From a virus, in IMG/VR virus record IMGVR_UViG_3300010399_000005, positions 1-64,000 of that record: DNA of 64,000 nucleotides; one strand, written 5' to 3'. The translations under genes and the position numbers were made by a program. The first letter of the stretch is position 1, and the number at the start of each line of letters is the position of its first letter. This document shows positions 37,725 to 46,638 of this stretch, one piece after another. The notes beneath the pieces are model-generated. The model was not told the origin of the DNA and ran no database searches. It saw nothing but the letters and a program-made list of their open reading frames with translations.

Positions 37725-37846
37725 GATCGGTGTCTGCACCGTCCGATCCCTCGAGCCGTGAGGTTCACCTCAGCTCCCCAGGGGGCTACGCCTCGCCTGG
37801 GCTGTCGCGGCTGGATCCCGCCGCGCCGGCGCTCAACGCCGGGCTC
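37725..37846 (-). promoter_or_regulatory. multibranch structured 5' leader of the major capsid gene
   Basis: GAGCC/GGCTC closes four hairpins; a further GATCGG/CCGATC hairpin lies before the SD; TATACAGT -10-like element at about 37854-37861. Confidence 0.55.
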
Positions 37847-37952
37847 TTGGTCGACTGTATAGCACACGCGAGAGGTACTTTCAACACCTTGGGCCGAATC
37901 GTGACACGGGCTGGTGGCACGGTAGGTTTCCGAAAGAATCTTCCCTGAACTG

Positions 37953-37981
37953 TTGACTCAGACGATAAGTGTTGATACAAT
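37953..37981 (+). promoter_or_regulatory. sigma70-type early promoter 1
   Basis: TTGACT-17 bp-TACAAT. Confidence 0.85.
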
Positions 37982-38034
37982 GTTCTTAGAAGGTCGATCG
38001 AGCCCCGAGGACCTTCTTACGACAAGGAGTTCAA

Positions 38035-38586
38035 GTGCGACAGATGACCCCTAAGCAGTACGCGTTCATCGTCAAGCTGAGCCGCGAGCGGGACTACCCG
38101 ATCGCCGGCCAGTCCCCCGAGGAAGCGATGATCATCGCCCGCCACGAGGACGCCCTGGGTGGCGTCAACTCGGTCTCGACCGTCGAGGCCAGTCGGGTGA
38201 TCGACTGGCTGCTCTCGCAGCCGCGGCTGGTGACACCGAACAGCCCGAGCGACTGGAAGCTCGTCCCGGGAGTGTATGTGCTCCCCGACGGCCGCGTGGT
38301 GCAGGGCAAGTCGAACAAGGCCGGGACGAACGTCTACTCCCTCCTGTGGGTGGAGACGAACGCGGACCGCCTGAACGACGAGGGCGAGCACGTCCGCGGT
38401 GAGTGGCAGTACGCTCCGGAGCTCAAGGCTCTGGTCCGTCCCGAGCACAAGATGACCCTGGAGCAGGCACGGACCTTCACCCTCCGCTACGGCCAGTGTG
38501 CACGGTGCTGCCGCAAGCTCAAGGCCGCCCAGTCGGTCGAGGAGGGCATCGGCCCGGTGTGCCGGAAGTACTTCAGCCTGGTGTGA
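38035..38586 (+). CDS. DUF6011-like Zn-finger protein
   Basis: GQCARCCRKL...SVEEGIGPVC; AAGGAG SD. Confidence 0.75.
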   Translation: MRQMTPKQYAFIVKLSRERDYPIAGQSPEEAMIIARHEDALGGVNSVSTVEASRVIDWLLSQPRLVTPNSPSDWKLVPGVYVLPDGRVVQGKSNKAGTNVYSLLWVETNADRLNDEGEHVRGEWQYAPELKALVRPEHKMTLEQARTFTLRYGQCARCCRKLKAAQSVEEGIGPVCRKYFSLV

Positions 38587-38606
38587 ACCTCGTGGTGTGG
38601 TTCTTC
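38585..38606 (+). repeat. 22-bp direct repeat, copy 1 (GAACCTCGTGGTGTGGTTCTTC)
   Basis: Identical copy at 39676-39697. Confidence 0.85.
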
Positions 38607-38633
38607 GAAGGGTGAACCAAGGAGGAGGTGAAC

Positions 38634-38690
38634 ATGAAGCGTGCATGGAAGTGGCTGCTGCTGCGGCTCAACGCTCCTGCGAACTGGTGA
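38634..38690 (+). CDS. 18-aa peptide MKRAWKWLLLRLNAPANW
   Basis: Very strong SD AAGGAGGAGGTG directly upstream. Confidence 0.45.
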   Translation: MKRAWKWLLLRLNAPANW

Positions 38691-38773
38691 GGGCCTGTGG
38701 TGGGCTCGAAGGGTGCTGGTGTAACCTTTGACTTTGATCGCCACGTAAATACGACGCACAGAAGAGGTATGAC

Positions 38774-39202
38774 ATGGAAGCAGCAGCCGCCTGCAAGATC
38801 ATCAACGACGACCTGGTGTTCCAGCCCGACTGGGACATCACGGCGAAGGACAACACCCATCGCTTCGAGGACTGCGTCACCGTGCACATGGAGTTCTTCG
38901 CGTACGACAGCTCGCGGGAGCACTTCACGAAGGGCACGGTGCACCTCTACCCGACGCGCATCCACGTCGAGTCCAGCGTCCAGGTCGCCGACTGCCACAC
39001 ACCCGAGGACCTCATGTTCAAGATCCTCGAGCTGATCCTGCGGACCTACGAGCACGAGGCACGCGAGTTCCTGCGCCTCAAGTCCAAGTCCATGGCTGCA
39101 CCGTTCCACCCGCACAAGCCGGACACGATGCTGGCCTACGCGGAGCGGACTGGCCGTGGTGCGGCGGGTCTGGTGCACGACCTGACGTACGGCCTGGGCT
39201 GA
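38774..39202 (+). CDS. hypothetical protein
   Basis: GAGGT SD; HEAREFL...PFHPH motif. Confidence 0.65.
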   Translation: MEAAAACKIINDDLVFQPDWDITAKDNTHRFEDCVTVHMEFFAYDSSREHFTKGTVHLYPTRIHVESSVQVADCHTPEDLMFKILELILRTYEHEAREFLRLKSKSMAAPFHPHKPDTMLAYAERTGRGAAGLVHDLTYGLG

Positions 39203-39258
39203 CCAGTGGGGGTGGTGAGCTCGAAGAGTGTTGGTGGTCAACACTTGAGACGAGGAGG

Positions 39259-39450
39259 ATGAGTATGAAGGTACATAAGATGAACCCGGTCGCCAAGGTG
39301 ATCGTCGGTGGGATCATGACACTCGGTGGTTGTGCGCTTGACATCGCGTGTGAGCTGGGTGCGTTCACGAACGGTCACGAGCATCCCAGCCCCCTGGACT
39401 ACCCCGACGTGGTCACCGAGCAGCCGATCCCCGATGGGTTCTTCGCATGA
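39259..39450 (+). CDS. small membrane or lipoprotein
   Basis: GAGGAGG SD; hydrophobic segment ending LGGC. Confidence 0.5.
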   Translation: MSMKVHKMNPVAKVIVGGIMTLGGCALDIACELGAFTNGHEHPSPLDYPDVVTEQPIPDGFFA

Positions 39451-39593
39451 CTCACAAGACGAAGGTCACCATCGCGGGAACGTTCATGCTCGCCGCATGC
39501 GCCATCGGCACGGGGTGTGCACGACTGGTCAAGGGCGGGGAGCCCGAGCCGGTGAGAACATCGATCGAGCGCGACTTCGTGGAGTACCCATGA
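39447..39593 (+). CDS. small membrane or lipoprotein, similar to the preceding gene
   Basis: MTHKTKVTIAGTFMLAACAIGTGC; ATGA coupling. Confidence 0.5.
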   Translation: MTHKTKVTIAGTFMLAACAIGTGCARLVKGGEPEPVRTSIERDFVEYP

Positions 39594-39675
39594 ACGTGAA
39601 CGCCCTCTGCTCGATCGCGCCGATCGTGCTCGTGCTCGTGCTGACCCTCATCGACAACATCCGACAGACGACCTA

Positions 39676-39697
39676 GAACCTCGTGGTGTGGTTCTTC
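39676..39697 (+). repeat. 22-bp direct repeat, copy 2
   Basis: Identical to 38585-38606. Confidence 0.85.
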
Positions 39698-39727
39698 CGG
39701 TAGTGAGAAATCTTCACGGAAATCGGT

Positions 39728-39756
39728 TTGACTCCCGTGGAGAATGTTGATACAAT
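39728..39756 (+). promoter_or_regulatory. sigma70-type early promoter 2
   Basis: TTGACT-17 bp-TACAAT. Confidence 0.85.
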
Positions 39757-39787
39757 GTACCTAGCAAATGAATCGGAGGCAAGTGAG

Positions 39788-39925
39788 ATGAAGCGGTGGA
39801 TCTACCGCATGCTGAAGTTCTCGAACGACGTCAACGCCGTCAGACGAGGACGAGTAGGTCGACGAGTCGCACGCCGCGCATACGGCAAAGCGACCGGACG
39901 ACTCGCACGTAAGCTCTTTCGATGA
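39788..39925 (+). CDS. small Arg-rich basic protein
   Basis: GGAGG SD; MKRWIYRMLK...RRGRVGRRVARR. Confidence 0.6.
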   Translation: MKRWIYRMLKFSNDVNAVRRGRVGRRVARRAYGKATGRLARKLFR

Positions 39926-40236
39926 CACAAGGAGAAGGTAAGATGATCCTTACCGATCACGATGAGATGGGTCACTTCGACCGACTGACCGAGGTGCTTC
40001 CGTTCCACCTCGCCGACGCGGTGGCCACCTGGTCACGCAAACGAATCACGGATGCGGACCACGACATGACGGTGCTCAATCGTCAACGTGGCTACCCAGT
40101 ACGGGTCGTCATGAAGCGACTGGCGGCGCATCGCGTGGGTCGTAGCCTCGGCACGATCGCGGCCGTCGCCAACATGATCGACACGATGCGGACCATGCTC
40201 CCGACCGAGCGTCAGCTCTTGGAGACGCTCCAATGA
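39922..40236 (+). CDS. hypothetical protein
   Basis: Coupled ORF. Confidence 0.55.
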   Translation: MTQGEGKMILTDHDEMGHFDRLTEVLPFHLADAVATWSRKRITDADHDMTVLNRQRGYPVRVVMKRLAAHRVGRSLGTIAAVANMIDTMRTMLPTERQLLETLQ

Positions 40237-40396
40237 TCACGGCTGCGGACGTCGACCTCCGGGACGGTGACACGTTCATCCGAGGTAACCGACGGTATAA
40301 GATACTCACGGCGTACGACGTTCGACCCGGCCGCATCGCGATCCTGATGCGCTGCGGCGCGGTCATCGAGCTCGATCCAGCGACGTTGGTCGACGC

Positions 40397-40615
40397 ATGA
40401 CTGATGAGCAGCACCCTTATCACCGTCGATCTCCAAGTGAGCAGCGTGAACATATGGAGCAGCTCCAGCGAGACATCGACGCGTATCACGCACGACGTGC
40501 AGAAGAGCAGGAGCGCCGTCGAGCTGAGGTGCGAAAGCGGAATGATGAACGACGCGAAGCGGAACGACGAGGCAAGGTTCGATCACGCTGGCTTCGCTCA
40601 CGGAAGAGGAGATGA
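40397..40615 (+). CDS. charged coiled-coil hypothetical protein
   Basis: ATGA coupling with a 55-aa ORF at 40233-40400. Confidence 0.45.
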   Translation: MTDEQHPYHRRSPSEQREHMEQLQRDIDAYHARRAEEQERRRAEVRKRNDERREAERRGKVRSRWLRSRKRR

Positions 40616-40619
40616 GATC

Positions 40620-41057
40620 ATGAGTGATGACATCGACATCAAAGACGTGCTCACCACATACGACAACGCACTGAAACGAATAGGACACGAAGACAACCTC
40701 TACGGCTTCGTCCTCGAGCACGGGCAGGAGTACGATGCGATGTGTCTTCCCGATGACATCCCGAAGATGGAACGAGGAGAATGCTTCCAGAACGCGCTCA
40801 CCATCGCCGACGATGATGAGCTCGTCTACGTGGAAGGCTACGCGCTTAGGCCCACCCTCGGTATGCTCTTTCACCACGCGTGGTGCGTGACACCGGAAGA
40901 CGACGTGGTCGACCCGACCTGGGATCGTCCAGAGGAGTGCCAGTACTTCGGCATCGGCTTCCAGGGTCAGTGGGTGCACGACCTAGGCTACACGGGACTC
41001 GCTCTCGAGTCGTACGCACTGCACCTTCAGGCCGAGGCTGAGAGGGAGCAGTCATGA
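40620..41057 (+). CDS. hypothetical protein with papain/transglutaminase-like Cys-His-Asp pattern
   Basis: GECFQNA...YVEGYA...HHAW...VVDPTW. Confidence 0.6.
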   Translation: MSDDIDIKDVLTTYDNALKRIGHEDNLYGFVLEHGQEYDAMCLPDDIPKMERGECFQNALTIADDDELVYVEGYALRPTLGMLFHHAWCVTPEDDVVDPTWDRPEECQYFGIGFQGQWVHDLGYTGLALESYALHLQAEAEREQS

Positions 41058-41189
41058 TGTGGCAGGTGCTCGCTGGCGTCGCGGGTCCGGCGGGCTTGTC
41101 GTGTTCTGGTGGCAGGATCGCCACGTGGAACGTGACACCGACCGGTGACACGGTGCTCCGAAGATTCTCGAGAAATCTTTCATCAGAGT

Positions 41190-41218
41190 TTGACTCTGAT
41201 GACAAGTTATGATAGAAT
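41190..41218 (+). promoter_or_regulatory. sigma70-type early promoter 3
   Basis: TTGACT-17 bp-TAGAAT, followed by TTCTTAGAAGGTtGATCGAG as at promoter 1. Confidence 0.85.
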
Positions 41219-41582
41219 ATTCTTAGAAGGTTGATCGAGGCCAAGGAGGCCAGCTGTGACGAAGAATGAGAAGCCCCACATGACCGACGCGAGTGCGATT
41301 CACGCGGCTTTCCAGAACGCTCCGGTCGTCTATGACTTCGACCGCGATGAGTCCGACATGTGTGAGGCTCTCACTCCCGGGTGTCCCGTCAACCACAGCA
41401 AGTCGCCACGTAACGCGGGCTGTGAGACCTGGTGATGGTTCCACTCGTCGATCACCTGGGCGATCGGCTTCGCCGCGCCCTCCAGTTCAAGCTAGGCCGT
41501 GAGGCTTACGAGGCCGGAGTGGTAATCCACACCGGAGCCGACCTCACCAACTTCGCACTACGACAAGCACAGGAGAAGTGAG

Positions 41583-41894
41583 ATGCCCTCACCACTTTAT
41601 GATAAGCCCATCTACAAGGAAGCTCGGCGTGCGGGATACGGTCCCATGGCCGCCCTCGACATCGCGAGGGAAACTTCGTTCGATCCCACCAACCGCGAGC
41701 TCGCCGAGGCGATCTACGACTGTGGCCGTGCACTCCAGCACGACACGATGCTCAGCCTCATCCAGCGCGTGGCCGCCTGGGGGCCCGAGGAGCTGAACTC
41801 CATCGACCCCAACGTCACGTCACGTCAGGTCACCGAACGCGATCAGCTCTGCATCATCGCCGAGCTGGCCAACATCATGTGTGACGAGTACTGA
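41583..41894 (+). CDS. hypothetical protein
   Basis: AGGAG SD. Confidence 0.55.
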   Translation: MPSPLYDKPIYKEARRAGYGPMAALDIARETSFDPTNRELAEAIYDCGRALQHDTMLSLIQRVAAWGPEELNSIDPNVTSRQVTERDQLCIIAELANIMCDEY

Positions 41895-41910
41895 GACAAG
41901 GACAAGTGAG

Positions 41911-42369
41911 ATGACTGACACACCCACTCCCGACACCGTGCTCGCTGACGGCACCCTCGCCGAGGTGAAGCTGCTCGCCCGACCCTACCCCGAGCGGAAG
42001 TACTACCGTGGTGGCTCCTACTGGGCCAACTCACCACGTGACTTCGAGAAGGCCACGCGGGTGTACGTCGACGAGGTCGGGGAGAGCGTCCTGGAGAACC
42101 TTCGTGACCGCACTGGTCGACCGGTGAAGGCCTACCGCGCGGCCGTCGTCGAGGCTCTTAAGCACGCCGGCCTCGGTGATCACCGACTGGCGTGGTCACG
42201 CACGGCCGGCTGCTCCTGCGGCTGCTCCCCCGGCTTCATCCTGCGGAGCGCGGATGGCAAGCGCTCCGTGCGTCACGAGGTCGATCACCGACCGGTCGAC
42301 ATCTACGTGAAGGTCGACAAGGGCAGCCTCGGTGCCTCGATCGCACGGGACATCAACATCATCCTGTGA
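41911..42369 (+). CDS. hypothetical protein with GCSCGCSPGF motif
   Basis: WSRTAGCSCGCSPGFI. Confidence 0.65.
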   Translation: MTDTPTPDTVLADGTLAEVKLLARPYPERKYYRGGSYWANSPRDFEKATRVYVDEVGESVLENLRDRTGRPVKAYRAAVVEALKHAGLGDHRLAWSRTAGCSCGCSPGFILRSADGKRSVRHEVDHRPVDIYVKVDKGSLGASIARDINIIL

Positions 42370-42407
42370 AGGTTGTAGTGTGAGGTCCACGTGGTACAGT
42401 GTAAGCT

Positions 42408-42761
42408 ATGAATAAGATCCTCATAGCTGCGCTGTGTCTCGTGGGCCTCACGCTCGCGTGTACGCCTCCGCGTGGCAACAACTCGGGGGCAACCTCCCCC
42501 GCACCTGTGGTCGCTGATGAGATCGAGCCGGAGATCACACTCGCCGAGTACGACCAGATCCAGAGCGGCATGACCTACGAGCAAGTGAAGGACATCGTCG
42601 GTGTCGCCGGTGAGGTCACGAGCGGTTACGACGCCCAGCCCGGCTACGAGCAGTACAGCACCAAGTCCTACACCTTCAAGGGCTGGTACGCCGGAGCCAA
42701 CGCGGTCATCATGTTCCAGGGTGGCCGCGTGCAGAATAAGTTCCAGTTCAGCCTGCGGTGA
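42408..42761 (+). CDS. lipoprotein, BLIP/DUF3862-like (possible superinfection exclusion)
   Basis: Signal peptide ending LTLAC; ITLAEYDQIQSGMTYEQVKDIVG; TACAGT 7 nt before ATG suggests a leaderless transcript. Confidence 0.7.
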   Translation: MNKILIAALCLVGLTLACTPPRGNNSGATSPAPVVADEIEPEITLAEYDQIQSGMTYEQVKDIVGVAGEVTSGYDAQPGYEQYSTKSYTFKGWYAGANAVIMFQGGRVQNKFQFSLR

Positions 42762-43328
42762 TCACCAGCGGTCAGGCAGTCCAGACGTGTTGTGTGAATC
42801 GTGATGCCACAACCATGTCACCTCGTTGACGTGATGGAACTTCGCACCTAGGTTCGACACCTGCATCCAGAAGTTGAAGTCTTCCCCACTGCACCCCACC
42901 CCGGTCAACGGCGGTGGGAAGTGACACTCTTGGGCCAGCTCGTTGCGCACGAGCGCGGTGATGGGGAAGGTGTGAGGTGTCGCGTGGTTCCACTGGATCC
43001 CGCGGTTGCAGGCGATCGGGTCACTCCCGCCGATCACGTTGAACCAGGGCCAGATCACATCTGCGCCCGTCGCCAGCTGCTCCCTGACCAGTACCTCCAG
43101 GTGACATGGCAGGAGCTCATCGTCGTCATCTACGAACGCGAGCCACTCGGTCTGGACCTGACGCATGGCCCGGGTTCTCGTCGGTCCAGCGCCTTCCTTG
43201 GTGTGGTCAAAGGCTACCGCAACCGCCGACGCCGGGTGCGACTGAGCGGCGACAGATGCGAGTAGTCGAGACAGCAGCGGAGCGCGTGGTGGGATCGATG
43301 GCGTGACAGTCGTGATCTCAAGCGACAC
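42762..43328 (-). CDS. GT-A family 2 glycosyltransferase
   Basis: TPSIPPR, AFVDDDDE, GEDFNFW motifs. Confidence 0.85.
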   Translation of the reverse strand: MSLEITTVTPSIPPRAPLLSRLLASVAAQSHPASAVAVAFDHTKEGAGPTRTRAMRQVQTEWLAFVDDDDELLPCHLEVLVREQLATGADVIWPWFNVIGGSDPIACNRGIQWNHATPHTFPITALVRNELAQECHFPPPLTGVGCSGEDFNFWMQVSNLGAKFHHVNEVTWLWHHDSHNTSGLPDRW

Positions 43329-43653
43329 CCTTGATCTCCCGACGTAGTGCTTCTTCATACACGCTAGTGACGTGCTCAGCGTGTGACCTACCGAGCTCAC
43401 TCCAGCCACAACCACAAGCACTCGTCGATGTGCGCCAGTGGTAGACGAGCGTTGAGACGAGCAGCTCGTGCTCACGTGTTGACAGCGTAGCTGACGAGGG
43501 CTGCTCCAGTGTTTCACGTAGCACATCCGCGCTTGCGTGAAGGTTACGCCACAAGGTCTTACGGACAGCGTCGTCGCCCTCGGCCCAACCGTCACTCATA
43601 CGACCCGCTGCATACACGAGTTGCCAGGCCTGCGCGATCACATCAGGTGACAC
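43318..43653 (-). CDS. hypothetical protein
   Basis: Overlap-coupled; H..CGCG..H motif. Confidence 0.5.
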   Translation of the reverse strand: MSPDVIAQAWQLVYAAGRMSDGWAEGDDAVRKTLWRNLHASADVLRETLEQPSSATLSTREHELLVSTLVYHWRTSTSACGCGWSELGRSHAEHVTSVYEEALRREIKGVA

Positions 43654-44299
43654 GATCTGCTTCCTTCCACGACCGTCCAGCGGTCGAGCCTCCGTGATGG
43701 TAGCACCGCCACGTGCGCTCCGGATGATGAACGAACTTCGCACCTACGTCGAGTAGGCGTAGGTGGCCACCCCAGTCCTCACAGTCTGACCTGGGCCACT
43801 CGGGTGTACCCGGCTGTGGGTAGCCTCCCGACCGCTCGAGGAGAGGACGACGAACGACCGTAGTGATCGGGATGAAGGGGTATTTACGGAAGTGCAGCTC
43901 CTGCTCACGACCCCACTCCACGCCCAGGGGATGCACGAGCTCGCCGTTGTTCATGGTGGCCAGTGGATCGGGTCGGTCTGGTGTCGCCTCATCCCAGCCC
44001 ACGAGCTCGAACCACGAGTAGACCAGACCGGCCTGCTTCTCGATGAGTGTGTTCACGCACGCCTCAAGGTGATGCGGTAGGAACTCATCATCATCATCGA
44101 GGAACGCGACGAGCTCGGTCTCGGCCGTCCGCCACGCCGTGTTGCGTGTAGGTGCTGCACCAAGACCGTGCTCATCCAGCACTACGACCACTTCATCTGG
44201 TGCGAGCGTCTGCTTCTCGATCGAGCGGATCGCCCGATCGAGAAGCTGCTCGCGACCCGGGATGGTCGGGACGCAGACCGCAACGGTAGGTCGAATCAA
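43643..44299 (-). CDS. GT-A family 2 glycosyltransferase
   Basis: VPTIPGR, AFLDDDDE, CEDWG motifs. Confidence 0.85.
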   Translation of the reverse strand: MIRPTVAVCVPTIPGREQLLDRAIRSIEKQTLAPDEVVVVLDEHGLGAAPTRNTAWRTAETELVAFLDDDDEFLPHHLEACVNTLIEKQAGLVYSWFELVGWDEATPDRPDPLATMNNGELVHPLGVEWGREQELHFRKYPFIPITTVVRRPLLERSGGYPQPGTPEWPRSDCEDWGGHLRLLDVGAKFVHHPERTWRCYHHGGSTAGRSWKEADRVT

Positions 44300-44435
44300 A
44301 TCACACCCAACTTTATCGAGTGTTTCCACCAGATAAGATGCTCGAGCAACTCTTCAGGCCTCACATTAAATCTGTCGGCGGTGACCACGATCGCTCGAGT
44401 AAGTTCATCTGATCGTGTAAGCTCGATCTTCGTCG

Positions 44436-44759
44436 TCAACCGACGCCCATCTCGGCGGTTCCCCGAGCTCCCGGTGCGACGCCGTTCCCCACAGGCTTCC
44501 AGACGCCGAAGTACGTGGCAACGTGCCACGTGAACGTCGTGACGAAGAGAATCACGATGTCCTGTAGGATGAACTCCCCGTGTGCGAGTGTGATCGCATC
44601 GATGACGGCGATCGCCGCAGTGATGAGCACCGCGATGAACGCCTTCGTGCCGGGGTGAGCCTGAAGCTTGGTGACGATTCCGGTCAGCACCGGAGACAGC
44701 GTGCCACCCAAGAGCGCCACGATCCAAGCAGCGAGCTCGATCCTCGTACTAAAGTCCAC
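44436..44759 (-). CDS. holin-like membrane protein
   Basis: Three hydrophobic helices; YFGVWKP; AAGGAGG SD. Confidence 0.6.
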   Translation of the reverse strand: MDFSTRIELAAWIVALLGGTLSPVLTGIVTKLQAHPGTKAFIAVLITAAIAVIDAITLAHGEFILQDIVILFVTTFTWHVATYFGVWKPVGNGVAPGARGTAEMGVG

Positions 44760-44959
44760 ATCATCCTCCTTGTGTAGGGCGGTGGATGAAGAACATCGTA
44801 CCACACTTCACTGCTTATCGGTTGAATCCCGTCTCGTGATGATCCAGAGGAAGATCGCGAAGATATCACACGCAGTCACGAAGAGCGTGAACTTCAAGAA
44901 CATGTCCGCCACACTGCAGACCGCGTACTCCGCCGACACCTCAACCTCATCCTTACTTC

Positions 44960-45604
44960 TTAGTGAGAACTCGTCCACAAGTGGTGATCTCGACCCGCGG
45001 CTTCGATGGTCCAGGGGCACTGATGCGAGGTGGTAGACACGTGATGCTCGACGCCGAGTCCCTGTAGGACTCCGATCAGCCAGCCGGCCGCGGTGGTCTT
45101 CCACAACAGGTCATCATCGCCGTACCAGATCTCATACGCGCCGACGTCCTGCCAGGCTTCAGGACGAGCCGCGAACGCCCAGTTGGAGAACTCGCGACGA
45201 TTGCCGGCCTGGTGACTGACCGCCGTCACTGCGAACGGCGGCGAGTTGACCGCTGAGTAGCCCGAGACACCCATCAGGCCGTAGTCTGGATGTCCGTCCA
45301 GCGCGTCGTGCAATGAGATCTCAAAGCCATCTGGTACGATGATGTCATCGTTCAGTACGAGAAGATACGCATCCTGCTCACGCGCTCGGTGCGCAGCCTC
45401 GTTCCACTCATCGTAGATGGACTTCCCGGGACGATGATATACGTACACGTTGACGTGCGCTTCCCGGACTCCGACGTGTTCGGGAACATCGTCGGAGTTG
45501 ACGTAGAGCTCCACGACATCGATGCGATCTCGTAGGTATTCGACGAGACCGTCAAGGTCACGTGATAGACCGATCGTGGGGATGCACGCGTGAAGCTTAG
45601 GCAC
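44960..45604 (-). CDS. GT-A family 2 glycosyltransferase
   Basis: IPT, WNEA, VLNDDI and WYGDDDL motifs. Confidence 0.8.
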   Translation of the reverse strand: MPKLHACIPTIGLSRDLDGLVEYLRDRIDVVELYVNSDDVPEHVGVREAHVNVYVYHRPGKSIYDEWNEAAHRAREQDAYLLVLNDDIIVPDGFEISLHDALDGHPDYGLMGVSGYSAVNSPPFAVTAVSHQAGNRREFSNWAFAARPEAWQDVGAYEIWYGDDDLLWKTTAAGWLIGVLQGLGVEHHVSTTSHQCPWTIEAAGRDHHLWTSSH

Positions 45605-45785
45605 ATCAAGCTACTCATCTAGATGGGTGACATCTTCACGAGGTATCATGATGGTCGTCCCATCGGGGAACTCCACCGGGACGCGGTCCGAGACCACGCC
45701 GTCGTGCTCGAAGGCTTCGACCCGAACACGATCACCACTCATGAAGTAGCGGTGACCGTCGATCTCAAGCACTACCTTAGCCATG

Positions 45786-46469
45786 TCACGTCCCATCAAG
45801 ATGAGGGTGTAGGGTTACGAAGTCGTTGACGAGCAGTTCACCCGGTAGGTTGATCGGTGAGTCACCGGCCTGTCGCCAGACGAAGGGTTGTGACACTTGA
45901 TCTTGATTCGTCCAGCGCACCTGCTCCTCGAGCCACCTACGTGCGATGTGCTCACGACGAACTGACCAGTGGGGGTACACGATAAAGCCCGTCGCCCAGA
46001 GACCCCAGTGATCGGGATGCCCGAGCTTACGGTAGTGCTGGGCCTGGGCTTCGATGGGTTGCGTGTAGTACTTGGGAAGTGTCGCTGAGAACTCTGCCTC
46101 GGTGAAGACACAGTCACGAGCTGGATGCCTGAACTGCCACGTGATCTCGGCAGCGATGTCAGGGTGAACGACATCTAGGAGACGTGTCACCGCACACTCA
46201 TCCTTGAGGATGAACGACCCATCCATCCAGATCACGTATGCGTCAGTTCCGGTCCACTCCCACGGTTGAACCTTCGGTACCTTCGCCGCGAGCCGTGGAT
46301 GTGTCAGGTCCGAACGAGGCTGACACACGACCTGCCAGGTGTCGGTGCTTGTGAGGTGGGGGTTGTCAGTGACGCACGTGAATGACACGTCAACCCCGAC
46401 CTGGGCCGGCTGTTCCTTCAGTGCATCATAGTCACCAAAGATACCAGTGATGATATGAACTCGCGTCAC
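45786..46469 (-). CDS. glycosyltransferase (DUF616/TOD1-MUCI70-like)
   Basis: TGIFGDYD, CVTD, WMDGS, HPARDCVFTEA and QDQVS motifs. Confidence 0.75.
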   Translation of the reverse strand: MTRVHIITGIFGDYDALKEQPAQVGVDVSFTCVTDNPHLTSTDTWQVVCQPRSDLTHPRLAAKVPKVQPWEWTGTDAYVIWMDGSFILKDECAVTRLLDVVHPDIAAEITWQFRHPARDCVFTEAEFSATLPKYYTQPIEAQAQHYRKLGHPDHWGLWATGFIVYPHWSVRREHIARRWLEEQVRWTNQDQVSQPFVWRQAGDSPINLPGELLVNDFVTLHPHLDGT

Positions 46470-46638
46470 TTAGAGTCAAGCTCCGTGGTCGGTAGCCAGC
46501 GTGCTCCGATCAAACGACCGAAGTTCTGTGCATCAGCACCTAGCAGCAGTACTTTTCCGATCTCGGTAGCATCATCGCGAATCGACGTAATGAAGTACTC
46601 ATCCGAGACATCGATGATAAGCTGAAGTCGTCTCACAC

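Noticed and set aside
36604-37726. Plus-strand ORFs of 321 and 266 aa
   Set aside because: Antisense to the major capsid gene; GC3 bias suppresses stops on the opposite strand.
38585-39697. 22-bp repeats as a CRISPR array or att sites
   Set aside because: Only two exact copies 1.1 kb apart with genes between them, and no integrase in the window.
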